DNA of 63,988 bases, filler included, from Aduncisulcus paluster (lineage: Eukaryota), in assembly GCA_024181965.1 (NCBI GenBank). It is 5 parts of 5 records of this genome, joined end to end, with 100 filler letters (N's around TTAATTAATTAA, not from the genome) between each part and the next. Parts side by side here need not be neighbours in the genome. Positions count along the whole stretch, not along the records: positions 31,715 to 49,135 come from BQXS01009975.1; positions 49,236 to 60,274 come from BQXS01009977.1; 3 more parts are not named here. One strand, given 5' to 3'. The position numbers and the translations under genes are program-made. The notes beneath the pieces are model-generated. The model saw only the letters and a program-made list of their open reading frames with translations. It was not told where the DNA came from and searched no databases. Of this stretch, positions 45,663 through 56,687 are shown in pieces (position 1 is the first letter of the stretch; each line of letters starts with the position of its first letter).

Positions 45663-46186
45663 TAAAATATTTTTTTTGAGAATAAAGAGTTCTATTTTGA
45701 TTTTCACAAGCTAAATATCAATATATCTTATATTAACTTGAGATGCTTTATTGTGGCAAAAGATGTTGATTCATATTTGAGCAGAATAATAAAAGAACAT
45801 TGCCTGATATGGCCTTCTTGTATTATTAATATCTTTAAAAACATTTTTTCTTGAGATGGCATTCCATTTATATTCGTAATTCCACCTCAATTTTTCAATC
45901 AATGATCTTCTTCTTATCCAAGAAAGTAGAAGAAAGGATCCGAGAAATGTCTCATATGAAGTGTATATACAATGTAGAAAATGAAATAGAGCCGTATAAA
46001 CCCAAGTACATCAGTCATTATCGATTCGAATCACGAAAATTGTGGCTTTATTTTCAAAAAAAAAACGCAAATTGCAGGTACTTAGCAGACACTTAGCAGA
46101 CAAATTTCGCTTTGGCAGGCAGTCCCTGCCAGAAGTGCATCCCTGGCTTTATTTTCTGCCTATTGAGACTATTTATTGGATATTTG

Positions 46187-49135
46187 ATGGTTGATTTTCA
46201 TGTTTTAGGTCTTTTTATTTTCTTTTTTATCCTTTTATTAAGTTTTTTCGCTAAATCAACAGCTCAAAGTCTCAATGGCGCTATTTCAACAAAAGGTGAA
46301 GAAGAATTGCCATTTTTATTCAATGATTCAAATCTACTGGCACGTCTTTGTATTATATTTTCTCTTGAATCCTCCTGTACTCTCACCATTAGTGACATGC
46401 TAAACTGGACAGGATCACTGATTTTAAGTCACAATGATTCTGATGGAATTGGAAATATCACCAACATTTATGGGTTACAGTATTTTCGTCAAGTTATCAC
46501 TATTGAGCTCAACGATCAGCTTATTGAAGATCTCTCTCCTCTCTCTCAACTATATTCTCTCCAATCTCTAAGTATGGATAATAATTCGATGTTAACTGAT
46601 CTTTCTCCACTGTTTGGTTTGATAAATTTCTCATCTTTTAGCTGTTATGAATGTGTGAATCTTTTGATCAGTTCAATCCAACTTTCTTCAGTCTTTCCGA
46701 ATGGTATTTGGACGAATTGGCGCATTTATAATAATTTGAATTCCGAATCATATTATCCATGTACTCTTACAAACGATACTGCATGTATGTGGTTTTCCTC
46801 ATTATATGATTCATCGAACTGTTCTCCCTTCCAAGATTCGGCTGTGTATGCTTCTCAGATATCTTCTGTTGGTACTGGAATGAATGATATTCCTGATTAT
46901 TGTTATTGGGCTGCTGCTGATCTAATTTCACTTGATTTACCACTATTTTATGGTGGAGAGACCTTGTCTGGTTTGAAGTATTTCAAAGAGCTTCAAAATT
47001 TAACAGTAACTGATTACTACGATTCTTTATTGGATATTTCAGATATTAGTTTTCTAACTTCATTGAATCAGATCACCATCTCTTCCGTGAATACTTTTGA
47101 TCCATTTCCAATATTTTCCTCATCTGCTCCATCATCGGTAACAATCTTAAATTCCTCAATCTGTCATTCTGGGACTCAGAATGAGGCCAATAATTTCTTC
47201 TTAACAACCTTTCCTTCATTGACATTTTGTGATATTTCCATCTCATCAACCTGTGAGTGTGATCCTACGCCGTCCTTAGCTGATTTTAAAGTCTGCAACA
47301 ATGGTGTGATCCAGTGTGCATTTGGATATACAAGGGTGGATAATGAAAATGGATCATCTTCATGTATTAAACAGGAGCTTTCCATTTGTGATATGTGCTC
47401 GATTAATTCACAATGTACTCAAGATGCTGGATCTACCCTGCCCCCTTCATGTGAGTGCAAGAATGGATGGTATGGAGACACATGTCGCGCCGAATGTCCA
47501 ACCGATTCCGATAGTGCCTGTAATGGACAAGGGACATGTGACAATGGGGTGTGTGAATGTGCGGATAATTGGTATGGATATTCGTGTGGGTTTGAATGTC
47601 CAGTCATTGTCTCAGAGGATGATGGATCTGAAGACCAATGTGGTGAATCGAGTGGACATGGAAACTGTGATGTAACATCAAATGTATGTTCTTGTGAGAG
47701 TGAGTATGAAGGAGAAGCCTGTGAATATGTCAGGTTTACAAATAGTACTCTAAAGACAGCAATATGTGATGTGTTATCTCTCTCTACGTGTAATATTATT
47801 CCAAGTCAAATGGAAAATCTGATTTCTTTGAGTATAATCGATGAAATCTCAGTCACTGATCTGTTTGGTCTTAAATTCGCTGTAAACCTTGAAGAATTAA
47901 CTATTTCTGGAGCAGATTTATCTGATTTTGATGCTCTATTGCCTATTTCTGAGTTGTTATACCTTGATTATCTGAATATTAGCGATTCAAATATCACTGA
48001 TTTTGATAATATTCCTTCTTCTGTTTCTGATCTTGATCTCTCTAATTCTTCCCAATTTTTATCAAATTCATTTCAAAGTATTTCTTCTTTATTCCTTTCT
48101 TCGCTAAATATTAGTAATACTGGGATATTTTCCCTTTCTTTTGATTTTTCAGAGTCAAATCTTGTTCATTCTCTTTCAATCTTAAATATTAGTGGTAATT
48201 CACTTGAAAATCTTAGTTTTTTAGGAGATTTTATCGAATTAACTACTCTCAATATTTCTGATGTACAAGTTGGTGACATTCCAACAAGTATTCAAGAAGA
48301 AGATGTTCAATATTGGATTGAAGATTTATTAAATTTAGAATTTCTGTATATTTCCAAAAATAGTATTTCAAATCTCTCGTTTTTATCGGTTTTTAGTTCA
48401 TCATTATCATTTCTTGATCTTTCTGAAAATATAATTTCGGATATTTCTTTCTTATATTTCTTTTCAAATCTAACTGAGTTAATTATTAATAACAATTTCA
48501 TTCATTTTGGAACATTTGATGAATCTCAATGGAATCAAATGTTCCCTAATTTAGTATTTTCGAGCGAATTTTCTATATCTATCGAAGACCAGAATTCTCT
48601 AAAATGTTCTGACCTCTCTTCCATTGATGCCATTAGTTCTGGCAAAGTGTGTGTTGAGTCTGCTCCTGGGTCTGGAGCATGGTATACGACGTGTGCAAGT
48701 GCATTTTCCGCGGTATATTCATCCTCGGGTGAGTTATCATGCGTCATGACTCCTTCGTGCGACGGTGGATGTGCATATGGAGATGAGTGCAAAATAGAAG
48801 ACAATGGAGATGCTTCGTGTCAATCTGTTATTGTTGATCCTGGACTTCGTGCACATGTTGGTTCGTTTATCACTGAGCAGCACAAACTTGACGATATGAC
48901 ATTTTCTATGGCAGCACTGCAGACCCTTACTTCTACAAACTCGTTGTCATATTCCTCTTCTGAGCTCACGGATTTACGTGGTATCGAGCATATGATACAT
49001 CTGACGGAACTTGATCTTAGCGATTGTTCACAACTCTCTAACGTATTTTCGCTTCATTCTCTCGTCGGGTTACAACACCTCGATCTGTCGAACTGTGCCC
49101 TATCATCCTCTGTAAACGGTTTGTCAAATCTGATC
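46187..49135 (+). CDS. Secreted/surface protein with internalin-like leucine-rich repeats and EGF-like repeats, 3'-truncated
   Basis: Signal peptide from ATG 46187; LRRs (IEDLSPLSQLYSLQSLSMDNN; LDLSENIISDISFL) alternate with CxC..GWYG..C EGF units. Confidence 0.88.
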
Positions 49136-49235
49136 NNNNNNNNNNNNNNNNNNNNNNNNNNNNNNNNNNNNNNNNNNNNTTAATTAATTAANNNNNNNNN
49201 NNNNNNNNNNNNNNNNNNNNNNNNNNNNNNNNNNN
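49136..49235. other. Artificial contig linker
   Basis: N44-TTAATTAATTAA-N44. Confidence 0.98.
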
Positions 49236-50685
49236 CAGAGATGATGTAGTTTTACCAATTGATGGGACGATAATATCATCATCTTCTGAGAAAGATCTAA
49301 AAATAGCCGAAGAAAATCCTCAAATATTTATTGATCTTCAACCTACATCAACTGCTGGAGATATCCCAATAACTACTGGAGTGGATCAATCATATCCAGA
49401 CTCGAATAAGACCACTCATCCACTTGTTTCTCAACCCAAGGTTCCCCGTCTTCTATTTTCACAGCCTAATCGGAATTCAATAATTCTCAATTCAAATTCT
49501 TCCACTCCGATTCCTCATCCCCACACCGGATCAACCCTTAATCCGATGCCAGAGAGTTCACAGACATATCTTGACTCTGCTTCACTTTTACTCTCTCCTC
49601 GTTCGCTGGAAGACCAGCAACAATCATCGGTCGTGGGTTCGAGTGTCATATTATCTTCTAAACGGTCGTCGGATGATCGTATTGTGGAAGATATCTTCCT
49701 ACGGGTTAAGAATGAGTATTATGAAGAGAATGTCATCCCTCTTGATCGTCCCTCAAGATCAATGGCCATCTCTTCTGATCATACGGCTTTGTTCTTAGCC
49801 AGGGATAAAGATATAGGCGTTGTGAATCTTTCAAAACAATCTCTATCCGGAGCCAAACTTAAGTGCCATGACTCTTCAATCGTTTCTATGGTATCTGGGC
49901 ATTTTAAACTCCTTTCTGCTGATGAATTGGGCATTCTGAAACTATGGAAACAACGTGGATTGTCTCTTCTGGCTCAAACAAGGGTATCTTCTCCGCCTAT
50001 TGGCATGTATGTTGGCTCTGTATGTTCCTCAATTTCTCAGGATGGGAGCATTCGTGTGTACAACAATAGTGACCTTGAGACTATTGCTGAGATGCATATT
50101 GGTGGGGCTAGAGTTTGTTGTGGAGCCTATGAGTCCGTGTTGACGAGATCCCCTCCTTCTTCTCTCTACCTTTCCCCTTCTTTCACTCGCCAGTCACCTA
50201 TATCGCCCAAAACACCATCTCCTCCTGTGGCATGTTTATGTTGTTGCGAGGATCGTAGTTGCTCTCTGATCGATGTCGAGAGGATGCATGTTAACAGGAT
50301 CATTGATTTTGCATGTGCTTCGACTCCAACGAGCTGTTGTCTCGGTGATAAGTTGATTGGTATTGCTTGCCGTGAAAGAGTTGTGATATACGATGAAAGA
50401 GTGAAGGCTGGAGCTATTATTGAACTGCCGATTGCTGATGTGGATATTATCGAGATGGCCACCGGGGCAGGATGGGTTGCTCTGGCCGATGTCAAGGGAA
50501 AGACAACAATATATGATATTAGAAGAACGGGAATAAGCCATCAAAGCCTGAGGTCAGAAGATATTCCAAGATGTGAATGTTCATTATCATCTAGTTGTAT
50601 ATGTTCGACGATTGAAAAGATCGGGAAAACAATAAGAATTTTTAATATCGATTCTGACAACAATCTTATAACTCATCGGGTGTGA
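49236..50685 (+). CDS. Divergent WD40 beta-propeller protein, 5'-truncated by the contig start
   Basis: The frame is open from the contig edge; WD-like units include CHDSSIVSM...SADELGILKLW, SQDGSIRVY and ADVKGKTTIYDIR. Confidence 0.7.
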
Positions 50686-51112
50686 GGGTGGTCAATATTC
50701 TTTTCTATCGGTTTTTTTCAGTTTTATTATGATTCTAAATTTAGAATTCACAAAATCGGAGTCCAAATATATACTATGGAAACCGATTTTCATGGATTAT
50801 TTGATTTTAGAAAAATATTTACATATTTGATAATATTGTGAATGAAGGACAAAATTTTTTGGTACAAAAACGAGTTTGTCGTATCGTAAAAAACAGACAC
50901 AATATCTATATTATGCAAAAAGAAATATCAAGACAATAATCTATTTTTAGATTCAGAATCTGGTATTTCAATCAAGCAAACTTTTATGGAAATTCACGGA
51001 TCAGAAAGAAAGAAGAGAAAAGGAGAACATCACCTGACCAAAAAATAATTATAAATTATAATGTTAATTAATAAAAACAATACTTTCATTTGTTTTACAG
51101 CTAGTTGTGTCA

Positions 51113-53524
51113 TTACTTCTCTCTTTCTGATAAGACTTTAATAATATCAACATCTCTGCCCTCGTATTTCTGGAAATCTTCCATTGTCTCCCCAATCTTC
51201 ATATTCTTCAAGAACAAACGTCTAGATGCGAGAACAAAGTCGATTTCACTGTCATTTCCACTCCTTTCAGCGTAACTAAGGGCATCATGCCACTTAATGA
51301 GATCAACACACACATCAATAGCAGCATGAATATTCCCATTATTCACAAGCACACTGATAGCCTTGTCATACTTTCCAGAAAGTAGTAGAACATTGATATT
51401 ACTGCCGTATTCCATCCCACAGCTGTACACGCGATCAACGAGGCCAAGGGCACTGTACGCAACTCGAGCGCATTCCATGTTGCCCGCTTTCACAGAAAAC
51501 AGAGCCAAGACACCCCAAGTATGTGAGCTGGCAGCAAACCGGGCGACCTTGAGCACATTCTTCCAAAGTGGACTTGTCTCGGGGGAAGGAGATGCTAAGA
51601 TTTGCTTACATATATCATAGACAAAGATAGAGTTATGGGGCAGAGTAAAATGTTGGTATCCTTCTGACACATGATGAGTGATGATAGTGGGACATGTGGG
51701 AGTTGCAGGGGTGCTGTTGATACGTCCAAAGAACTCAATGGTGGAATTAGGACTCAATCCTTTACAAAGTTCAACAACCATACATTCACAGAGACCTGCA
51801 TCAATATCGGCACATGAGGGGTACAAAGACACGCACAATGATCCACGTGAAATAAATGCAATGATCCCGAGACCTTCGCACCATTTGTGTTCGCTGACAT
51901 CACTGGCCACATACCACCCAGATGAATGCGCAGTAGACCCAGTTGTTGAGGAAGATCCTGCCCCACTCCCTGCAGAGCCACCCATGAGGTTATTGACGAC
52001 ATCGTTGACGAAGCAGCATCTCAGTTCGCCCGTGTTCTCCACCCAAGACATCATGTGAGAAGGAGAGAGTGGCATGGAGTCAATACCAATGGCAGCAATA
52101 GGGGATGGAGAGAGGAGAGGGAATGGGTGGGTCCGACCACTTGTGAGGTCAACGATCCTTCCCAGCCTTGAGTGGCTCTTATCGATGAACACACACTCGG
52201 TCATCCCAATATCAACAGCTACACGTTTGCTCACGTCACAATGAAGTTGTACAGTTCTCAGCTTCTTTCCAACGTGGGAGAAGACATGGGTCTTTTCGCT
52301 GAAATCGAAGACAATGATCTGACTAGCGCCAATACAGACTCTCTTCACACCTTCACCGGTGTACTCCACTTGGAAAGGAGAGGACACGAAGGACATATCA
52401 TCGTCTTCGGACTTACCTCGTGTATTTAAGATAACAAGTTGATGAGAACGAGTGAGAACAGCGACAATGTCGAAACCAGCAGCGAGGGCAACAATTTCTC
52501 CGCGGAGCTCCAAAGTCTCACATAGAGCTTTCTTTTTAACAGATATCACTCTTGGAGAGGTATGTTCAATGAGAAAATCTCCACAAATAACGGGAGAACA
52601 GAGGAAATTGAGGCAAAAGACTGAGGCTCCGCAGACACACATGGCTGTCATACCGTCCTGTGTCACTGAAAGAGCACTGATCGGATGGCGTGTAGAACGA
52701 GTTGAAATCGTACACAGCGAAAAGGAAAGAACAATAACGTGTCCTGTGAGTGTACCAACGACTACAGAACGGTCAGCACTCTCAACGGGGACGAGGCATG
52801 TAATGGGCCCATTTAATACTCTACTTTGAGCAACACAACGATCACCAACGAAATGACGGACGATTCCATCCTCACTTCCAGCATATAGACCGGTAGTTCC
52901 CCAGTAGAGACAAGTAACAGGAGCTGTAGGACCAGTAATTATGGATTCTCCGGCTCCAAGAATAGATAATTGAGTAATTGAATTTCCAGTGCTCACAGCA
53001 ACGTTTGAACAATCAGGAGACATTACAATAGCATATACAGGTGGGCCAAACTTTCTTGGACTTGCTCTTAGTCCTCCATATTGAGAAAATATAGAAACAG
53101 CACCATTTTCAGTTCCAACAGCAATAGATCCACCATCAGCGGCCCAAGCAATACTTGTGATACAACTTGGGTCAGATTTTGATGCATTTACCGATTTTTT
53201 TGAAGTTATGTTTAGATTTAGAGGAGTTTGATGTTTTGGTGGAATAATTTCTAGGGTAATCAAGTGAATAAAACCATTTTCACATCCTATTACAATATCG
53301 TATGAATCAGTTGAATATGAGGAGGCCATATAGGCTGTTGTCGTACTAACACTTGAGCTAGCAGTGGAAACTCTTTTCTTCTTTGTCATACATGTTATAG
53401 GGGAGTCTAATTTCAATTTTGCAGAGGCACTTGAAACAACTTCATCTTTATAATTATAGAGCTCAATATCAAGTTCATCTTTGGATGGTGTTATACAATA
53501 TTGCTCATCAAGCCAGAGTGACAT
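51113..53524 (-). CDS. IFT80: Intraflagellar transport protein 80 (divergent)
   Basis: N-terminal WD40 repeats. The C-terminus (WKNVLKVARF...WGVLA...ARVAYSALGLVDRV; AIDVCVDLIKWHDALSYA...IDFVLASRRLFLKNMKIGET..DF) matches the IFT80 helical tail pattern. Confidence 0.82.
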   Translation of the reverse strand: MSLWLDEQYCITPSKDELDIELYNYKDEVVSSASAKLKLDSPITCMTKKKRVSTASSSVSTTTAYMASSYSTDSYDIVIGCENGFIHLITLEIIPPKHQTPLNLNITSKKSVNASKSDPSCITSIAWAADGGSIAVGTENGAVSIFSQYGGLRASPRKFGPPVYAIVMSPDCSNVAVSTGNSITQLSILGAGESIITGPTAPVTCLYWGTTGLYAGSEDGIVRHFVGDRCVAQSRVLNGPITCLVPVESADRSVVVGTLTGHVIVLSFSLCTISTRSTRHPISALSVTQDGMTAMCVCGASVFCLNFLCSPVICGDFLIEHTSPRVISVKKKALCETLELRGEIVALAAGFDIVAVLTRSHQLVILNTRGKSEDDDMSFVSSPFQVEYTGEGVKRVCIGASQIIVFDFSEKTHVFSHVGKKLRTVQLHCDVSKRVAVDIGMTECVFIDKSHSRLGRIVDLTSGRTHPFPLLSPSPIAAIGIDSMPLSPSHMMSWVENTGELRCCFVNDVVNNLMGGSAGSGAGSSSTTGSTAHSSGWYVASDVSEHKWCEGLGIIAFISRGSLCVSLYPSCADIDAGLCECMVVELCKGLSPNSTIEFFGRINSTPATPTCPTIITHHVSEGYQHFTLPHNSIFVYDICKQILASPSPETSPLWKNVLKVARFAASSHTWGVLALFSVKAGNMECARVAYSALGLVDRVYSCGMEYGSNINVLLLSGKYDKAISVLVNNGNIHAAIDVCVDLIKWHDALSYAERSGNDSEIDFVLASRRLFLKNMKIGETMEDFQKYEGRDVDIIKVLSEREK

Positions 53525-53849
53525 TGTAGTTTGTTCAAAAACTCAAAATTCTTACCCTTCCTCTCTATGGCAAATGCCAAACTGTATACGCAATTGATAA
53601 GTATTAAAATGTAAAAATTCCTTTATTTTTTGTGTTAATCATTTATCAATAACTCAAATACACCGATTAGTTCTTCTGCCAATTTTGTAGGCGCTATTTG
53701 CGAAAACAAAAATCATTTGGAAGTATTTTTTGATAATAAATTAATATATTGAACAAAATGTTTTAATAGATTTATATTTGATCGAATGATTCCATTTCTA
53801 TTCTTTTTTGAGTGAAAGTGGGACATTATTGTCAAACTTATGAATTGAA

Positions 53850-54542
53850 ATGCATTCTCTATTATTGGATGAAATTGATAGTGGATATTTCATGGGCGTT
53901 AAGAAACGCCGTCGCAGTTCTGCTGTAAAAATGCAGATCGGAGATTATATGGATGCTAGGAGTAAGAAACCAGTCCAATCCCTTCTGAAAAAGTACCAAG
54001 AAAAAGATATATTTTTTTGTGATGTTGTTTTAAAGATGAACAGGAGATATAAATTGCAGGAGAGAATTCTTTTGATAACAGAGGGAGCTATTTACAATTT
54101 GGATATGAAATTTCGGATGAGGCGTCGTATATCTCTTTCTCAAATGCTTACTGTTGCCATGTCAAGATATTGTGATAATTTCGTTGTTCTCAGATGTCAA
54201 GATGAATATGACTATGTCTTTGTAAGTGGTAAAAAAATAGAGATAACAACTCAGATCCAAGAAGCATATCATGCAAGCGTGAAAAAACCGTTGAGGATTA
54301 CCCTGACAAACTCTATTTATCTTCGTATTGGAAAGAAATGCCTCCCTCGTGAGATTCTTTTCTCCAGTGCCCGTGGCAAGGTTGTTATCGGTATAAGAGA
54401 GATCTCTGAGGAGGAGGAAGAGTATACCGAGGAAGAGGAAGAGGAAGAAGAGGAGCAATTGGATATGGAAGAAGATTTGGAAGGTACGGATGATATCATG
54501 GAGGTTGAGTACGATGGAGGGGAGGTCCTCGCATCTGAATAG
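53850..54542 (+). CDS. Stand-alone myosin-I tail homology 1 (TH1, PH-like) domain protein with an acidic tail
   Basis: GVKKRRRSS....GDYM; F.D.V.KMNRR.K.QERILLIT..AIYNL; RRI.L.....V.MS...DNFVVL....EYD. There is no motor or IQ region upstream. Confidence 0.85.
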   Translation: MHSLLLDEIDSGYFMGVKKRRRSSAVKMQIGDYMDARSKKPVQSLLKKYQEKDIFFCDVVLKMNRRYKLQERILLITEGAIYNLDMKFRMRRRISLSQMLTVAMSRYCDNFVVLRCQDEYDYVFVSGKKIEITTQIQEAYHASVKKPLRITLTNSIYLRIGKKCLPREILFSSARGKVVIGIREISEEEEEYTEEEEEEEEEQLDMEEDLEGTDDIMEVEYDGGEVLASE

Positions 54543-54858
54543 ACAAATATTTAGCTTTAGAAGGTAGTTTTCTTCTAAATCAATCTATAAAATAATATGC
54601 TGCGTTTGATTACCAGTTCCGTTTACATTTACTCTCTTCATTCGAGATTAGGTAGGAGAATTCTTTACTAAATTCTCTTTTTATCGACTTTTCATTGTTA
54701 TATTTTGTTTTTGATATTCATTTATTGGATTTTTCATTCTTTTATAAAGGAATTTTCAACTCCAAACTATTTCTCATCGATTGATTCATGATGATTTAAA
54801 TATTAATGAATAGTGCATATAGAATACATATGTGACGTTGGGGTGGGTGTTTATATTG

Positions 54859-55412
54859 CAAATATAATGCAACATTCTATGCTGATTGATGTTGTTGTAA
54901 TAAGGCCAATACAGATAATTGGGGAATTTGAGAGACCTTTAAATTCCCTGTTTGCATTTTATTCTGCCTTGAATATTATCAAATGTCGGGTGAATTGGCT
55001 TTTTTTTGTACTACAAATTTAGTATATGATCCTTTTAGAGCTGTACTCCCGTATACACATCAGTCAACTCATAAACTTAACAATAATAAAAAAACTCTTA
55101 TTTTTAGTTTGTTACCCTTCCGATANNNNNNNNNNNNNNNNNNNNCAAATATAATGCAACATTCTATGCTGATTGATGTTGTTGTAATAAGGCCAATACA
55201 GATAATTGGGGAATTTGAGAGACCTTTAAATTCCCTGTTTGCATTTTATTCTGCCTTGAATATTATCAAATGTCGGGTGAATTGGCTTTTTTTTGTACTA
55301 CAAATTTAGTATATGATCCTTTTAGAGCTGTACTCCCGTATACACATCAGTCAACTCATAAACTTAACAATAATAAAAAAACTCTTATTTTTAGTTTGTT
55401 ACCCTTCCGATA
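54859..55412. repeat. 267-bp overlap duplicated across a 20-N gap (54859-55125 = 55146-55412); assembly artefact
   Basis: Identical copies on either side of the N20 gap. Confidence 0.9.
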
Positions 55413-55552
55413 ATTCACCGACTGATGTGTGTGAATCATTCACAGGTTTATGATAAACCAACCTATAATTTACCGGCTTGAAGCCGGTCAAATTGTTCGA
55501 TGATGAGTTGAACTGTTCAACTTGAAGTTGTGAAGGATTTTGCCACACACAC
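55273..55552. ncRNA. Candidate structured non-coding element (palindrome and inverted-repeat cluster); identity unknown
   Basis: Five perfect 6-8 bp hairpin arms within 100 bp, plus three longer-range inverted repeats; no convincing ORF. Confidence 0.3.
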
Positions 55553-55570
55553 TTGTATCATAACTATTGC

Positions 55571-56323
55571 ATGTATAGTATGGAACAACAACAGCAGCAA
55601 ATGGAATTAATATTTCAAGATATCGGCGATTTCCCAATGGAATTTGTTCCTGCTGATACTGAACAATTTAATGTTCGATATGATTTTGAACAACGCGAAA
55701 TTCCATTGGAAGGTTTTGAAATTGAACCGATGGTTCCTGATCCAGCTGATATTGAGCTCAGAATGAAAATTGAAGAATCGCACCCTAGAATCGTTGTTGT
55801 TGCCAATCCATTCTTTTATTATCGTCAGAGTTTTGACATTTTCAGTGAATTATCCCATAAATTTCCTGATTTAGTATCTGTTGCCCCAATAACCACAAAT
55901 GCCCCTCCTACAAAAGGTTGTGTTGAAGGCGAAGAGTTTTTCCACCTAACCCGTCCCGAATTTGCAGCTGAAGAACTGTTATTTTGTGAAGATGCAACTG
56001 CTTACTCGTATGGATTGTCTTCTAAGGTTGTAGAAGACCGGGATCCTGAGAAGTATTTATTTGTAATGTTTGCCGATGTATCTTCCCTTGTCGCTTTGAA
56101 AGATAAGCTTCCTGCAGATACTTTATTCGTTGCTTTGACAATGGATGAGAGGGAGGGTGATGAAGTCCTCAGAAAATGGTTTGGTGATGATTCTGAGGAA
56201 TTCATTCGGAGATCTGCTTCTCACCATGCTATTTTGGAGGATACTGAAACTGATTTTATGATCCTTCCAATTTCGGAGACTGATTCCGAAACCAATGTGA
56301 AGAATTTTGTCGATCTTTTGTGA
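55571..56323 (+). CDS. Degenerate guanylate-kinase-like protein (P-loop lost)
   Basis: PRIVVVANP...TTNAPPTKGCVEGEEFFHLTRPEF...YSYGLS aligns with the GK pattern TTR.PR.GE.DG.DY.F...F...YGTS; GxxGxGK is absent. Confidence 0.6.
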   Translation: MYSMEQQQQQMELIFQDIGDFPMEFVPADTEQFNVRYDFEQREIPLEGFEIEPMVPDPADIELRMKIEESHPRIVVVANPFFYYRQSFDIFSELSHKFPDLVSVAPITTNAPPTKGCVEGEEFFHLTRPEFAAEELLFCEDATAYSYGLSSKVVEDRDPEKYLFVMFADVSSLVALKDKLPADTLFVALTMDEREGDEVLRKWFGDDSEEFIRRSASHHAILEDTETDFMILPISETDSETNVKNFVDLL

Positions 56324-56687
56324 ATGTTTTTGTGACTATCCGTGATGTACATTACAATTCTTTGATAATGTGATTTTTGAACCATTACGTTCTGTTTAAT
56401 ATACCTTTTGTTGATTTAAATGAGGATTGTAATTTTTAATTGAAGAATTTTTACTATTATCTATAGGTTTATGATGGATTGAAACGACATGTAATCTGAG
56501 CAGAATTGTTTTCAATATTTAAAATATTATGTAATGCGAATTGAATAACAAATAATTTAATGTTTTAATACTGTTAATTTTCACTGAAAATTTTTCAGAA
56601 TAAATGATGGAAAATTAAAAAAAATCTTTGAGTTTATATTATAAATAGATATTTTTGATATTATATTCTTATATTCAAGTGTTAGTC

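Noticed and set aside
55500-55528. Hammerhead-like TGATGA-stem-GAA arrangement
   Set aside because: The core deviates (ATGATGA rather than CTGATGA, extra bases before GAA, no GAAA), and stems I and III are not evident.
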